A DNA stretch of 64,000 bases from Clostridia bacterium (GCA_045577075.1 JAZNHR010000002.1:22949-86948); one strand, 5' to 3'; shown: positions 45,351-56,101, counted from the stretch's first letter. A program made the numbers and translations. The notes: generated by a model from the letters alone, not told the origin.

Positions 45351-46667
45351 ATGACGACAAAAGATTTAGATGGAAAAACCCTTTTGGAACTACAGAAAAT
45401 TGCAAAAACGTATCAGATAAAAAATATATCGAAATACAAAAAACAAGCACTTTCCCAGCTTTTGGAGTCTTGCATTGAAAAAGAAACAGAAAACCCGCCT
45501 TCCCTGTCGTCGCAAGCACCAGATTTTTTACAAAAAAAGGACGGGTTTGAAGCTTCCCGTGCAGAAGGCGTTTTAGAAATTTTGCCGGACGGCTTTGGGT
45601 TTTTGCGCTGTGCAAATGTTGTATTAGGCACAAAAGATGTCTACGTCTCTCCTACCCAGATCCGCAGATTTAACCTAAAAACCGGTGATTATGTTGTGGG
45701 AAAATCGAAATTTCACAAGGAAGGTGAAAAGTTTCAAGCTCTTATATATATTGAAACGGTAAACGGGGACGGCGTGGACGTCTCAATTCACCGCCGGCCT
45801 TTTGAAACTCTTGTGCCTATTTTCCCGGATACGCGGATTTCTTTAGGGTCCGATCAGTCGGATTTTTCCATGCGGCTTATCGATTTGATTGCGCCACTTG
45901 GTTTTGGACAACGAGGGCTGATTGTCGCCCCGCCGAAAGCCGGAAAAACAACCATTTTAAAAAATATTGCAAAAAGTATTTCGCAAAATAAAAACATAAA
46001 GCTGATTGTACTTTTAATTGACGAACGTCCCGAAGAAGTGACAGACATGGAGAGAAGCATTGACGGCGAAGTGGTATATTCTACCTTTGACGAGCTTCCG
46101 GAGCATCACATTAAGGTTGCCGAAATGGTTTTAGAACGCGCACAGCGTCTTGTAGAGCACGGCAAGGACGTTGTTGTTTTACTCGATTCCATCACCCGGC
46201 TGGCTCGTGCTTATAACCTGACCATTCCCCCGACAGGCAAAACACTTTCTGGCGGTCTTGACCCCGGGGCACTCCATAAACCCAAACGGTTTTTTGGTGC
46301 GGCACGAAACATAGAAAATGGCGGAAGCCTTACAATTTTAGCTACCGCACTTATAGATACCGGCAGCCGTATGGATGACATGATTTTTGAGGAATTTAAG
46401 GGAACGGGCAATATGGAAATTCATCTTGACCGCAAACTTAGCGAAAAAAGAATTTTCCCCGCCATCGACATGAACAAATCCGGCACAAGACGGGAAGAAA
46501 AACTCCTCTCTGCCCGTGAACTGGAGGCAGTATGGGCGATACGAAAGGCCTACGGTAATCTCCCGACAGCCGAGGTGACCGATAGCATTATCCAGCGACT
46601 GATTTCTACCAAAAATAACGATGAATTTATCAATATGACGATAAAAGCGTCGTATACAAATGAGTGA
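45351..46667 (+). CDS. rho: Transcription termination factor Rho
   Basis: 438 aa: N-terminal OB/RNA-binding domain, Walker [14 protein letters not shown], ATPase core. Confidence 0.95.
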   Translation: MTTKDLDGKTLLELQKIAKTYQIKNISKYKKQALSQLLESCIEKETENPPSLSSQAPDFLQKKDGFEASRAEGVLEILPDGFGFLRCANVVLGTKDVYVSPTQIRRFNLKTGDYVVGKSKFHKEGEKFQALIYIETVNGDGVDVSIHRRPFETLVPIFPDTRISLGSDQSDFSMRLIDLIAPLGFGQRGLIVAPPKAGKTTILKNIAKSISQNKNIKLIVLLIDERPEEVTDMERSIDGEVVYSTFDELPEHHIKVAEMVLERAQRLVEHGKDVVVLLDSITRLARAYNLTIPPTGKTLSGGLDPGALHKPKRFFGAARNIENGGSLTILATALIDTGSRMDDMIFEEFKGTGNMEIHLDRKLSEKRIFPAIDMNKSGTRREEKLLSARELEAVWAIRKAYGNLPTAEVTDSIIQRLISTKNNDEFINMTIKASYTNE

Positions 46668-46672
46668 TTGCC

Positions 46673-48055
46673 ATGAAAATTAAAACAAATTTTGTTTGCC
46701 AGGAGTGTGGCTACACTTCGCAAAAATGGCTCGGCAAATGTCCGGGCTGTGAAAACTGGAATTCATTTTTAGAAGAAACCGTTGCCCAGCCTACAAAGGG
46801 AGACCCCCTCTTTACAGCGTCGGCTTCTCCTGTAGCCATTGACGCGATAACGCCCGACAGCGAGGGCGCACGCCTTTGTACAGGCATCGGGGAGCTGGAT
46901 TTAGTGCTCGGCGGCGGTCTTGTTACCGGCTCCCTCGTTCTTGTGGGCGGCGAACCCGGGATTGGAAAATCTACGCTTCTTCTGCAAATTTGCGCTTCCC
47001 TTTCTTCTTATGGTAATGTTCTCTATATTTCCGGTGAGGAATCCGAACGGCAATTAAAACTTCGTGCCGACCGTCTTTCCATTCACCCGAATTCCTTATA
47101 TATATTAAGCGAAACCAATCTTGACGCCGCGTTTGTGCATATAAAAACATTCGCGCCAAAAGTTCTTATCGTAGACTCTGTACAGACGATGTTTACTCCT
47201 TCCATCACAAGTGCCAGCGGCAGCGTAAGCCAGGTGCGGGAAATTACCCTTCGGCTTATGCGTTTTGCCAAAGAAACGGGGACGGCCGTTTTCCTTGTGG
47301 GCCACGTTACAAAAGACGGTGCCATCGCCGGACCGAGGGTACTGGAGCACATGGTAGACTGTGTGCTGTATTTTGAAGGTGACCGCCATCAATCCTACCG
47401 CATTTTACGAGCGGTAAAAAACCGCTTTGGCTCTACCAATGAAATCGGTGTTTTTGACATGGGCGACAAAGGGCTGACAGAAGTAAAAAACCCTTCCGCC
47501 ATGCTTCTTTCCGAAAGGCCCGAGGATGCACCGGGGTCTGCGGTTCTATGCTCCCTTGAGGGCTCCCGTCCCTTACTTGCAGAAGTACAGGCACTTGTTG
47601 CCCCCACAGGATTCGGCATTCCGCGTCGTATGGCATCCGGCATTGACCTTGGGAGACTCAATCTCCTAATTGCCGTTTTAGAAAAACGTGTCGGTTTAAA
47701 CTTACAAAACCAGGATGTTTACGTAAACGTTATTGGTGGTCTTCGCATTGACGAAACCGCTGCAGACCTTTCCATTGCCGCTGCCATTGTTTCAAGTTGC
47801 AAAGGGATCACCATTCCGAAAAACATGGTGTTTCTTGGCGAGATTGGGCTTACCGGTGAGCTACGTTCCATTGCTCACGCCGAAAGACGTGTGACGGAAT
47901 CCATCCGTATGGGTTTTCGGGATATTGTCCTACCGCAGGAAAATGCAAAAGCACTTCGTATTCCGGATAAAGATGTGCGTCTTCTTTGCGCCGGCACGGT
48001 GCGTGAAGCATTGCAAAATTTAACGAAAAAAGCACAAAATCGCGGCACTTTGTAA
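46673..48055 (+). CDS. radA: DNA repair protein RadA (Sms)
   Basis: C4 zinc finger CQECGYTSQKWLGKCPGC, RecA-like Walker A GEPGIGKST, Lon-like C-terminal domain. Confidence 0.95.
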   Translation: MKIKTNFVCQECGYTSQKWLGKCPGCENWNSFLEETVAQPTKGDPLFTASASPVAIDAITPDSEGARLCTGIGELDLVLGGGLVTGSLVLVGGEPGIGKSTLLLQICASLSSYGNVLYISGEESERQLKLRADRLSIHPNSLYILSETNLDAAFVHIKTFAPKVLIVDSVQTMFTPSITSASGSVSQVREITLRLMRFAKETGTAVFLVGHVTKDGAIAGPRVLEHMVDCVLYFEGDRHQSYRILRAVKNRFGSTNEIGVFDMGDKGLTEVKNPSAMLLSERPEDAPGSAVLCSLEGSRPLLAEVQALVAPTGFGIPRRMASGIDLGRLNLLIAVLEKRVGLNLQNQDVYVNVIGGLRIDETAADLSIAAAIVSSCKGITIPKNMVFLGEIGLTGELRSIAHAERRVTESIRMGFRDIVLPQENAKALRIPDKDVRLLCAGTVREALQNLTKKAQNRGTL

Positions 48056-48061
48056 AATATG

Positions 48062-48090
48062 GCATACTTTCTCTCGCGCTTTCATATGAT
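48062..48090 (+). promoter_or_regulatory. Candidate sigmaE-type promoter of spoIIID (GCATACT-14-CATATGAT)
   Basis: Matches kmATATT-14-CATAcanT. spoIIID is sigmaE-dependent in Bacillus. Confidence 0.35.
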
Positions 48091-48113
48091 GAAACAAAGT
48101 TATAGGATGGAGC

Positions 48114-48383
48114 GTGAGGGATTTGAAGGATTATATAGAGGACCGTGCAATTGAACTTGCCACCTATATAATAAACAATAACGCCACGGTGCGTGACGCC
48201 GCAAAGAGATACAGCGTTTCGAAATCAACCGTACATAAGGATATTGTAGAAAGACTCCCCCGAATCAACTTAAGCCTTGCCATGGCAGTGCGAGCAATCT
48301 TAGACGAAAATAAGTCGGAACGGCACATCCGCGGCGGTCAGGCAACAAAGCTCAAATATTTGGCAGAAAAAAATGTAGGCTAA
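48114..48383 (+). CDS. spoIIID: Sporulation transcriptional regulator SpoIIID
   Basis: LKDYIEDRAIELATYIINNNATVRDAAKRYSVSKSTVHKDIVERLPRIN...RHIRGGQATKLKY aligns closely with Bacillus SpoIIID. GTG at 48114 or TTG at 48123 as start. Confidence 0.85.
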   Translation: MRDLKDYIEDRAIELATYIINNNATVRDAAKRYSVSKSTVHKDIVERLPRINLSLAMAVRAILDENKSERHIRGGQATKLKYLAEKNVG

Positions 48384-48419
48384 GAGAAACGCGTACAGCC
48401 TTTCGGCTGTACGCTTCTT

Positions 48420-49100
48420 TTATACATTCTCAGCTATTTTTCTAATGACATGTCCTGCCAAAATAAGCCCTGCAACGCTTGGTACATATGGTAAGCTCCC
48501 GATAATGCCGTTCTCTGTTTTTTTTGCTTCTTCGGTAGAATACACCACATCCAGCTGCTCGACACCTCTCTTTTTAAGTTCTCTGCGCATAACGCGGCAT
48601 AAGGGACACACGCTCGTTTTGTAGATGTCGGAAACAAGGAAGCGCGTAGGGTCAAGCTTATTTCCTGCACCCATACAGCTTATAATAGGAATATTTCTTT
48701 CTTTACAGACTGTAATTAGCGCAAGCTTCGCGCTTACGGTATCCACCGCATCTATGACATAACTGCATTGTTCCGGAACAAGCTGCGAGGCATTTTCCGG
48801 CGTGCAAAACATATCGACTGCTGTTACCTTGCAGTCCGGATTGATGGCTTTAATACGAGCCTTCATAACCTCGACCTTCTTTTGCCCGACGGTTTCGCTT
48901 GTAGCCGGGATTTGGCGGTTTATGTTGGAGGGCGACACCGTATCATAGTCTACAAGCGTAATTTTTCCCACGCCGCTTCTGGCAATCGCCTCTGCCGCAT
49001 AGGAGCCTACGCCGCCTACACCGAAAATATAGACCGAGGCATCCTGCAGGCGTGCAATTCCCTCTTTTCCAAGCAGTATCTCACTTCTGGATAAATCCAT
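48420..49100 (-). CDS. tcdA: tRNA threonylcarbamoyladenosine dehydratase (ThiF/MoeB-like E1 fold)
   Basis: GVGGVGS Rossmann motif. 226 aa. Confidence 0.8.
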   Translation of the reverse strand: MDLSRSEILLGKEGIARLQDASVYIFGVGGVGSYAAEAIARSGVGKITLVDYDTVSPSNINRQIPATSETVGQKKVEVMKARIKAINPDCKVTAVDMFCTPENASQLVPEQCSYVIDAVDTVSAKLALITVCKERNIPIISCMGAGNKLDPTRFLVSDIYKTSVCPLCRVMRRELKKRGVEQLDVVYSTEEAKKTENGIIGSLPYVPSVAGLILAGHVIRKIAENV

Positions 49101-49112
49101 GTTTTTCTCTCC

Positions 49113-51017
49113 TTATATAAACAGTTTAGAAATGGTAGCAAACAGAAAGCATACTACGCACCCCACAATCGTAGGAATCAGGAAAGCGGCAACCGTCCAG
49201 CGCATGCTTCCCGTTTCCTTCCGAATTGTTAAAAGTGTGGTGGCACAGGGCCAATGCAGAAGGGAAAAAAGCATTGTACAGGTTGCAGTTACCCATGTCC
49301 AGCCATTTGCTACAAGCAAGGTGCGAAGGTGGACCAGGTCGCTGATTTCCGTTAACCTTCCTCCCGATACATACGCCATGACGATAATCGGTAGTACAAT
49401 TTCATTTGCCGGAAGTCCTAGAATGAATGCCATTAAAATGACGCCGTCCAGCCCCAAAAGAGAGGCAAAAGGGTCAAGGAAATTGGTGCAAATTGACAGT
49501 AAGGTTGCACCGCCCACATTAACATTGGCAAAAATCCAAATCAGAAGTCCTGCCGGGGCCGCGGAAACAAGGGCGCGTCCTAGTACAAATATAGTTCGGT
49601 CAAATACAGACCTTACAATCACGCTTCCGATTTGCGGTCTTCGATAGGGTGGCAGTTCCAGCGTAAAAGAGGACGGCACACCTTTTAAAACCGTTCGGGA
49701 TAGTAGATACGACACAAGCAGCGTCACAAGTACACCAAGCACGATAAAGCCTGCGAGCCCTGCCGCAGAAATAAGCGCACCCGCGCCGCCTGCAAAGAAC
49801 ATGGTAATCACCGCCACAAGGGTGGGAAACCGCCCGTTACAGGGTACAAACGTATTCGTCAATATGGCAATGAGCCGTTCTCGTGGTGAGTCAATAATGC
49901 GGCAACCGACAACCCCTGCGGCATTACAGCCAAAGCCCATGCACATAGTAAGTGCCTGTTTTCCGCAGGCACGGCATTTTTTAAAGCATTTATCAAGGTT
50001 AAACGCCACTCTCGGCAGATACCCTAAATCCTCTAAAATTGTGAACAGAGGAAAGAAAATCGCCATGGGCGGCAGCATTACGGATACGACCCATGCCGTC
50101 ACGCGGTACGCGCCATATACAAGCATTTCGTTCGCAAAAGGCGGCAAAAAGTCGAGAAACTGCAAAAGCGGTTCTTCAAGGCTAAAAAGAAGCTTTGAAA
50201 GTAGCTGTGAAGGGTAATTAGCGCCCACGATGGTGAGCCAGAAAATCCCCATAACCAGCAAAAACATGATGGGAAACCCAAAGGTTTTGCTGGTTAGAAT
50301 GCGGTCAACCTTCCTATCTCTCGTCCATGCACTCTCCAAGGGCGCTTTTTTTACTTCTCGGCTTATTTTTTCAGCTGTAAGTACAATTTCTTTTGCGATA
50401 TCATCTTCGCTTGTGCCGCCGTTTTGCGCCAGCTTCCACTGGTTTGTAGGCGGCGCGGCTTTTATTTTTTGCACTGCATCCAAAAGGGCGGAAAGTCCTT
50501 TTCCACGTCGTGCCTCCGTCCCTACAACCGGAATGCCTAAAATCGTTTCCAATTTTTCCAAATCAATTTCAATCTGCTTTTTCTTTGCTTCATCCAGTAA
50601 ATTTACACACAGCACTACATTCCCGGTAAGCCGCAAAATTTGTAATGCCAAGATCAGGTTTCTTTCAAGGCACGTACTGTCACATACCACAATCACTGCA
50701 TCAGCCCTACCCGACAAAATAAAATCCCGAGCCACTTCCTCCTCCTGCGAATGTGCGGCAAGCGAATAACAGCCAGGCAAATCGACGAGGCAAAAGCCCC
50801 TGGTTTCGGATTTCGCGTATCCTGTGGCTAAAGACACCGTCTTCCCCGTCCAATTTCCGGTATGCTGATGCATGCCGGTAAGGGCATTAAACACGGTGCT
50901 CTTTCCTACGTTCGGGTTGCCGGCTAAGGCAACCACAAGGTCACTCTCCTCTTTTTTCTCTATGCAAAGGGTATTTAAAAGTGCATCTTTTGTGGAAGAC
51001 TGCATTGTAAGCCCCAT
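49113..51017 (-). CDS. feoB: Ferrous iron transport protein B
   Basis: G-domain GNPNVGKSTVFN plus polytopic membrane domain. 634 aa. Confidence 0.9.
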   Translation of the reverse strand: MGLTMQSSTKDALLNTLCIEKKEESDLVVALAGNPNVGKSTVFNALTGMHQHTGNWTGKTVSLATGYAKSETRGFCLVDLPGCYSLAAHSQEEEVARDFILSGRADAVIVVCDSTCLERNLILALQILRLTGNVVLCVNLLDEAKKKQIEIDLEKLETILGIPVVGTEARRGKGLSALLDAVQKIKAAPPTNQWKLAQNGGTSEDDIAKEIVLTAEKISREVKKAPLESAWTRDRKVDRILTSKTFGFPIMFLLVMGIFWLTIVGANYPSQLLSKLLFSLEEPLLQFLDFLPPFANEMLVYGAYRVTAWVVSVMLPPMAIFFPLFTILEDLGYLPRVAFNLDKCFKKCRACGKQALTMCMGFGCNAAGVVGCRIIDSPRERLIAILTNTFVPCNGRFPTLVAVITMFFAGGAGALISAAGLAGFIVLGVLVTLLVSYLLSRTVLKGVPSSFTLELPPYRRPQIGSVIVRSVFDRTIFVLGRALVSAAPAGLLIWIFANVNVGGATLLSICTNFLDPFASLLGLDGVILMAFILGLPANEIVLPIIVMAYVSGGRLTEISDLVHLRTLLVANGWTWVTATCTMLFSLLHWPCATTLLTIRKETGSMRWTVAAFLIPTIVGCVVCFLFATISKLFI

Positions 51018-51021
51018 GCTT

Positions 51022-51249
51022 CTATCCTTCTCTTTCTATTAAAATGGTACCGGCATCTTCCTCACGAAGGGCAATGACTGCCCCGCGAATTAAATATGCT
51101 GCAGGGTCCCCAAGCGGACTTCTCCCAAGGCACATCACCTCTGTTCCCTCAATGACACCGATATCAAACAGCCGCCGGCGAATACTGCCGTCAGCATTTA
51201 CACTTTTTACTCTTCCTCGCTCACCAATGGCGAGCGCGCTCAGCTGCAT
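51022..51249 (-). CDS. feoA: Ferrous iron transport protein A
   Basis: 75-aa FeoA SH3-like domain. Confidence 0.85.
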   Translation of the reverse strand: MQLSALAIGERGRVKSVNADGSIRRRLFDIGVIEGTEVMCLGRSPLGDPAAYLIRGAVIALREEDAGTILIEREG

Positions 51250-51297
51250 ACTTTCACCTCTTTCTTTTTATTCTCATTTCCAGAATATGTAAAGACG

Positions 51298-52206
51298 TTA
51301 CTGTATGCCACTTTTTGTCAAATAATCAGATGCAATTTTTTTGTAGTCTCCGGGCATTTTCCCCGTAACCTTTTTAAAGGCATAATAAAAATTGGATGTA
51401 TTATTAAAGCCGCACTGCATGGCAATTTCAAGTCGTGAAAGGTCTGTGGACTCTATTAAAGCAATCGCCCTATAAATTCGTTTTATGGTAATATATTCCC
51501 ATGGAGATATGCCGTTAAATTTTCGGAATTGGCTACAAAAATATGTTTTACTCATATGCGCTACGTCAGCTAGCTTACCAAGTGTCAATTCATCTTCGAG
51601 ATGGGCATCAATAAACTGAAGTGCTGCCTCTATATATTTCAAAGACTCGGCACTATAAGAGATTTGCAGTTCAGAAAGCTGTCCATCATACGCGCGGACC
51701 ATTTCTACGAGGATACTGACAAGATGGATTTTTACCATTGCCTCATATGCAGGTTTACGCGTTGTGATTTCCTGCTCTATTTTAAACATCAATTCGCTTA
51801 TAACTTTTGCGGCGGCTGTTCCGTTTGCAATTTGATTGAATCCGCTTTTCTTTCGACTAAAGAATAACTTTATAAGCTCTTTATTGGAAAATCCAAAATT
51901 TTCAGACCAAATAAAACGTGGTTCAAAATGAATGTTAAGAAATTCCGTAGTGGCATCCAGGTTCTTTATCCAGTGCATTTCGTCTGTACTAAAAAAGAAT
52001 ATATCTCCACGAGAAAAAATGTATTCTGTATTCTTCGAGGCATAAACGCCACTGCCTGCAAGAATCATAGTGAACTCAAATGCTGTATGGTGGTGTTCTG
52101 CAAAAGCATCCATATTTACCGGCAACACAGAACGAAAAACGGTCAACTGTGAACTTTCGTCCAGCCGTACGGATTGTTTGCGATGTCTTGCATATATATC
52201 CGGCAT
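51298..52206 (-). CDS. AraC-family transcriptional regulator
   Basis: Cupin N-domain and AraC-type paired HTH at the C-terminus. Divergent from kdgK-eda. Confidence 0.8.
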   Translation of the reverse strand: MPDIYARHRKQSVRLDESSQLTVFRSVLPVNMDAFAEHHHTAFEFTMILAGSGVYASKNTEYIFSRGDIFFFSTDEMHWIKNLDATTEFLNIHFEPRFIWSENFGFSNKELIKLFFSRKKSGFNQIANGTAAAKVISELMFKIEQEITTRKPAYEAMVKIHLVSILVEMVRAYDGQLSELQISYSAESLKYIEAALQFIDAHLEDELTLGKLADVAHMSKTYFCSQFRKFNGISPWEYITIKRIYRAIALIESTDLSRLEIAMQCGFNNTSNFYYAFKKVTGKMPGDYKKIASDYLTKSGIQ

Positions 52207-52345
52207 TTTTTGTATCCCCCTATAAAAATCATAATATATTTGACGAATTACAAAATATACTTGTTGAACAAAAAAAAGTATACTGTTATTATAAACCCAA
52301 ACAGCAAATATGTCAAATATATTATGATGAAAAGGAGAATGTAAA

Positions 52346-53377
52346 TTGTCAAAAATAGTTACAATGGGTGAAATTATGCTTCGCCTATCTACCCCTGGCC
52401 ATGAGAGATTTCTGCAGGCGGATGCTTTCGATGTATGCTACGGCGGCGGTGAAGCAAATGTTGCAGTCTCGCTTGCAAATTTTGGGCATACTGCAGAATT
52501 TGTTACAAAGGTGCCTGCTCACCCCATTGGGGAATGTGCAGTAGCTGCCCTTCGGAAAATGAATGTAAAAACGGAAAACATCGCACGCGGCGGTGATCGT
52601 CTCGGTATTTACTTCCTGGAAACCGGCTCTGCCATGCGTCCTTCCAACGTAATATATGACCGTGCACATTCTGCAATTGCGGACGCTACAAAAGCGGATT
52701 TCGATTTCGATAAAATTTTTGAGGGGTGCGACTGGTTTCACTTTACTGGCATTACCCCTGCAATTTCAGACCGGGCCGCAACCCTTACAGAAGATGCACT
52801 TAAGGTCGCAAAGAAAAAGGGCATTAAGGTTTCCTGTGATTTAAACTTCAGAAAAAAACTATGGTCCAGCGAAAAAGCGCAGCGCGTAATGTCAAATCTC
52901 ATGCAATATGTGGATATTTGCATCGGAAACGAAGAGGATGCTGAGAAGGTGCTTGGCTTCAAACCCGGCGAAACAGATGTCACAAGCGGCTCTCTTGCTC
53001 TTGCAGGATATAAAAGTATTTTTGAACAAATGGTAGAGAAATTTAATTTCGAATATGTGATTTCTTCTCTCCGTGTATCCCACTCCGCTTCGGACAACGG
53101 CTGGTCTGCCTGTATCTATTCAAGAGATACGAAAGAATTTTACCATTCAAAGGAATATAGAATCTCTCCCATTGTTGACCGCGTTGGAGGTGGGGACAGC
53201 TTTGCCGCCGGTGTTATCTGCGGACTTTTGGACGGCAAGGATTTTCGCAGTGCACTGGAATTTGGTGTTGCGGCATCGGCTTTAAAGCACACCATTCCCG
53301 GAGATATGAATATGGTAAACCGTGCTGAGGTGGACGCTCTCGTCGCAGGCGACGGTAGCGGACGGGTACAGAGATAA
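52346..53377 (+). CDS. kdgK: 2-dehydro-3-deoxygluconokinase (PfkB family sugar kinase)
   Basis: PfkB family with conserved GG near the N-terminus and DRVGGGDSFAAG near the C-terminus. Confidence 0.8.
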   Translation: MSKIVTMGEIMLRLSTPGHERFLQADAFDVCYGGGEANVAVSLANFGHTAEFVTKVPAHPIGECAVAALRKMNVKTENIARGGDRLGIYFLETGSAMRPSNVIYDRAHSAIADATKADFDFDKIFEGCDWFHFTGITPAISDRAATLTEDALKVAKKKGIKVSCDLNFRKKLWSSEKAQRVMSNLMQYVDICIGNEEDAEKVLGFKPGETDVTSGSLALAGYKSIFEQMVEKFNFEYVISSLRVSHSASDNGWSACIYSRDTKEFYHSKEYRISPIVDRVGGGDSFAAGVICGLLDGKDFRSALEFGVAASALKHTIPGDMNMVNRAEVDALVAGDGSGRVQR

Positions 53378-53397
53378 GAAAGAAAGGATAAGATAGG

Positions 53398-54360
53398 ATG
53401 GATATATTAAAACAGATTTATAACATCGGCATTATTCCTGTAATTAAAATAAATGACGCCAAGAATGCAGTTCCTCTCGCGAAGGCACTTTTAGACGGCG
53501 GCCTTGCAGCAGCAGAAGTGACTTTTCGAACAGACGCCGCAGAGGATGCAATTCGTGCAATTACAACAGCGTGCCCAGATATGGTTGTAGGCGCAGGGAC
53601 AGTGCTTACCATCGAACAGGCACAACGTGCAAAAGATGCAGGCGCACAGTTTATTGTAAGCCCGGGGCTTAATCCCAAAGTTGTAGCATGGTGCCTCGAA
53701 AACGATATTATGCCCCTTCCCGGATGTACCACGCCATCCGAAATCGAACAGGCGCTTTCTCTCGGCCTTTCCGTTGTCAAATTCTTTCCCGCTGAGCAGA
53801 GCGGCGGTCTTGATAAAATCAAAGCTATGTCCGCGCCTTACGGAAATATTAAATTTATGCCAACAGGCGGCATCAGCCTCGACAATGTAAACGCTTACCT
53901 TGCGAGCAATAAAATCGTTGCCTGCGGCGGAAGCTTTATGGTGAAGGAAAGCTACATAGATAACGGACAGTGGGATGAAATCACAAGTCTTACAAAAAAG
54001 GCAGTCAATACTATGCTGGGGCTTTCCATTGGACATATTGGTATCAATCATGAAAATGAAGCCGAGGCAAGGAGAACGGCGGATATGATTTCTCTTCTTA
54101 CTGGTCTTCCCATCGAAAGAGAAAGTGAGAAAGGGATGTTCGTCGGGGCACAATTCGAGATTTTAAAAGCGCAAGGGCCCGGCAAGTGCGGCCATATTGC
54201 CATCCTGACAAATAATGTAGATAGAGCCGTGTATCACCTTTCCGCCAAAGGAATTGCCTTTAAAGAGGATACAGCTACATATAATGGTGACGGAACAAAA
54301 AAGTTTATTTATCTTGCCGAGGAATTCGGCGGATTTGGCGTACACCTTTTGCAGAGATAA
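53398..54360 (+). CDS. eda: KDPG/KHG aldolase (Eda) fused to a C-terminal VOC/glyoxalase-like domain
   Basis: Residues 1 to ~210 are Eda-like (PVIKINDAKNAVPLAKALLDGG...FMPTGGI). Residues ~215 to 320 show paired beta-alpha-beta-beta-beta units with HIGINHENEAEA and HIAILTNNVDRAV, typical of VOC-fold proteins. Confidence 0.8.
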   Translation: MDILKQIYNIGIIPVIKINDAKNAVPLAKALLDGGLAAAEVTFRTDAAEDAIRAITTACPDMVVGAGTVLTIEQAQRAKDAGAQFIVSPGLNPKVVAWCLENDIMPLPGCTTPSEIEQALSLGLSVVKFFPAEQSGGLDKIKAMSAPYGNIKFMPTGGISLDNVNAYLASNKIVACGGSFMVKESYIDNGQWDEITSLTKKAVNTMLGLSIGHIGINHENEAEARRTADMISLLTGLPIERESEKGMFVGAQFEILKAQGPGKCGHIAILTNNVDRAVYHLSAKGIAFKEDTATYNGDGTKKFIYLAEEFGGFGVHLLQR

Positions 54361-54368
54361 AATCACAG

Positions 54369-54404
54369 AAAAAGGGGGGTGTAATCATTTTACACCCCCC
54401 TTTG
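54369..54404. repeat. Palindromic element copy 2: AAAAAGGGGGGTGTAATCATTTTACACCCCCCTTTG between convergent eda and ynbB-like genes
   Basis: Near-identical stem to the copy at 40381..40420. Confidence 0.5.
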
Positions 54405-55658
54405 TTATGCATTTTGTATGACGGCAGAAGCCGCATGCATGACAGCAAGCTTACCGCTTTCGTAGGTAAGGCCGCCTTGCATATAGGCTACATACGGCGG
54501 ACGAATAGGGCCATCCGCGCTGATTTCAATGGACGAGCCTTGGGTAAAGGCACCAGCCGCCATAATGACTTCATTTTGATAGCCCGGCATTGCCCACGGC
54601 TCGGGGGTAACAAAAGAATCTATAGGGGATGCGGCCTGCAGGCCGCGGCAAAATGCAATTACACGTTCGGGACTGCCGAAGCGGATTGCCTGAATAATGT
54701 CGTTTCGCGCATCTCCCGCCTTGGGACAAACCTCAAATCCCAGTTTTTCCATAAGTGCACCACAGAAAACGGCACATTTTATTGCCTGGGCAACCACGTG
54801 AGGGGCTAGGAAAAAGCCCAGGTACAGGTCTTTCATAACGCCAAAATTAGCACCGCCATGGGGGCCAAGCCCCGGTGCTGTCAAGCGGTCCGCCGCAAGG
54901 CGCACGTATTCTGCCTTGCCTGCAATATAACCGCCGGAAGGTGCAATACCTCCGCCGGGATTTTTAATAAGCGACCCTGCAAAAAGATCCGCAAATGCAG
55001 GCTCCTTCGTATCTACAAATTCACCGTAGCAGTTATCTACCAAAACCAGTACGTCACGCCGCTTTTCGCGGACAAAAGCGGCAAGTTTTTCCATTTCCGA
55101 AACAGAGAAGCTTTCTCGCCAAGCATAGCCTTTGGAACGGGTTACAAACACCGCACGCACCTTTTCGTTTTCCAGAGCTTTTTCAATCGCCGGATAATCA
55201 AAGGTGTCATCTTTCAGTTCCACCTTGCCGTAGCCGACGCCAAACTCTTTCAGTGTGCCACCTTCGTCACCGCAGATGACATCTATCAGCGTATCATAAG
55301 GGTCGCCCGTAACAGACAGCAAAACGTCACCGGGACGAAGGACGGAAAAGAGCATGACTGTCAGCGTATGGGTACCGGAAATAAAATGTGGGCGCACCAA
55401 GGCAGCCTCGGTGCCAAAGGTATCGGCAAACACAAGGTCTAAGGTATCTCTACCCAAATCGTCATACCCATAGCCGCTTGTAGCTGTAAAATGGGCGGCA
55501 CTGATTTTATGCTTACGGAACGCCGCAAGCACTTTTGCCTGGTTTTCAGCTTCTTTTTTTTCTATGTCACTAAAAATCGGTGCAAGCCCCGGCTCAATTT
55601 CCGAAGCCACAGCAAGCACTTTGGAGTCAATATCAAAGGTTTCTAAAGCAGTACTCAC
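54405..55658 (-). CDS. PLP-dependent aluminium-resistance/YnbB-family protein (Cys/Met-metabolism-like fold)
   Basis: 417 aa with family-wide similarity (…GYGYDDLGRDTLD…). Confidence 0.75.
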   Translation of the reverse strand: MSTALETFDIDSKVLAVASEIEPGLAPIFSDIEKKEAENQAKVLAAFRKHKISAAHFTATSGYGYDDLGRDTLDLVFADTFGTEAALVRPHFISGTHTLTVMLFSVLRPGDVLLSVTGDPYDTLIDVICGDEGGTLKEFGVGYGKVELKDDTFDYPAIEKALENEKVRAVFVTRSKGYAWRESFSVSEMEKLAAFVREKRRDVLVLVDNCYGEFVDTKEPAFADLFAGSLIKNPGGGIAPSGGYIAGKAEYVRLAADRLTAPGLGPHGGANFGVMKDLYLGFFLAPHVVAQAIKCAVFCGALMEKLGFEVCPKAGDARNDIIQAIRFGSPERVIAFCRGLQAASPIDSFVTPEPWAMPGYQNEVIMAAGAFTQGSSIEISADGPIRPPYVAYMQGGLTYESGKLAVMHAASAVIQNA

Positions 55659-56086
55659 GCGCCGTACACAACCTCTCTGGAAAGGACTTCTATTCCGCCT
55701 TTTTCGAGTGCATCCAGCGTCTTTTCAGGGTCTTCTGTGCAAAGGATGGCAATCGCTTCCGCACTTGTCTTTGCTGTAAAGGCGTACATATACTCTACAC
55801 CGATACCTGCAGTATCCAGTACATGCATCACGCGGGCAAGGCTACCGGGTGAATGGGTCAGCGGCACGGCAATAACGTCCGTCACGCGTACGGCAAAGCC
55901 TGCTGCCTTTAGTGCTGCCGCGGCTTCTTCGGGGCGATTAACGATAAAGCGGAGAATGCCAAAGTCCGTAGTGTCTGCAATAGACATAGCCTGCAGATTT
56001 ACATTTTTTTCTGCCAGACAGCCGGCAACCTTTGCCATTCTGCCGGGTTTGTTTTCTACAAAAACAGAAATTTGCTGTACAAACAT
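55655..56086 (-). CDS. ACT-domain protein (PaaK-associated)
   Basis: Two ACT-like repeats (VFVENKPGRMAKV; a second at the C-terminus). Translationally coupled to the flanking genes. Confidence 0.7.
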   Translation of the reverse strand: MFVQQISVFVENKPGRMAKVAGCLAEKNVNLQAMSIADTTDFGILRFIVNRPEEAAAALKAAGFAVRVTDVIAVPLTHSPGSLARVMHVLDTAGIGVEYMYAFTAKTSAEAIAILCTEDPEKTLDALEKGGIEVLSREVVYGA

Positions 56087-56101
56087 AGTATTTCTCCTTT
56101 C

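Noticed and set aside
53491-54153. 220-aa minus-strand ORF inside eda, and similar long antisense ORFs inside iorA, glgP and feoB
   Set aside because: Cys/Phe/His-rich antisense shadows of well-supported genes.
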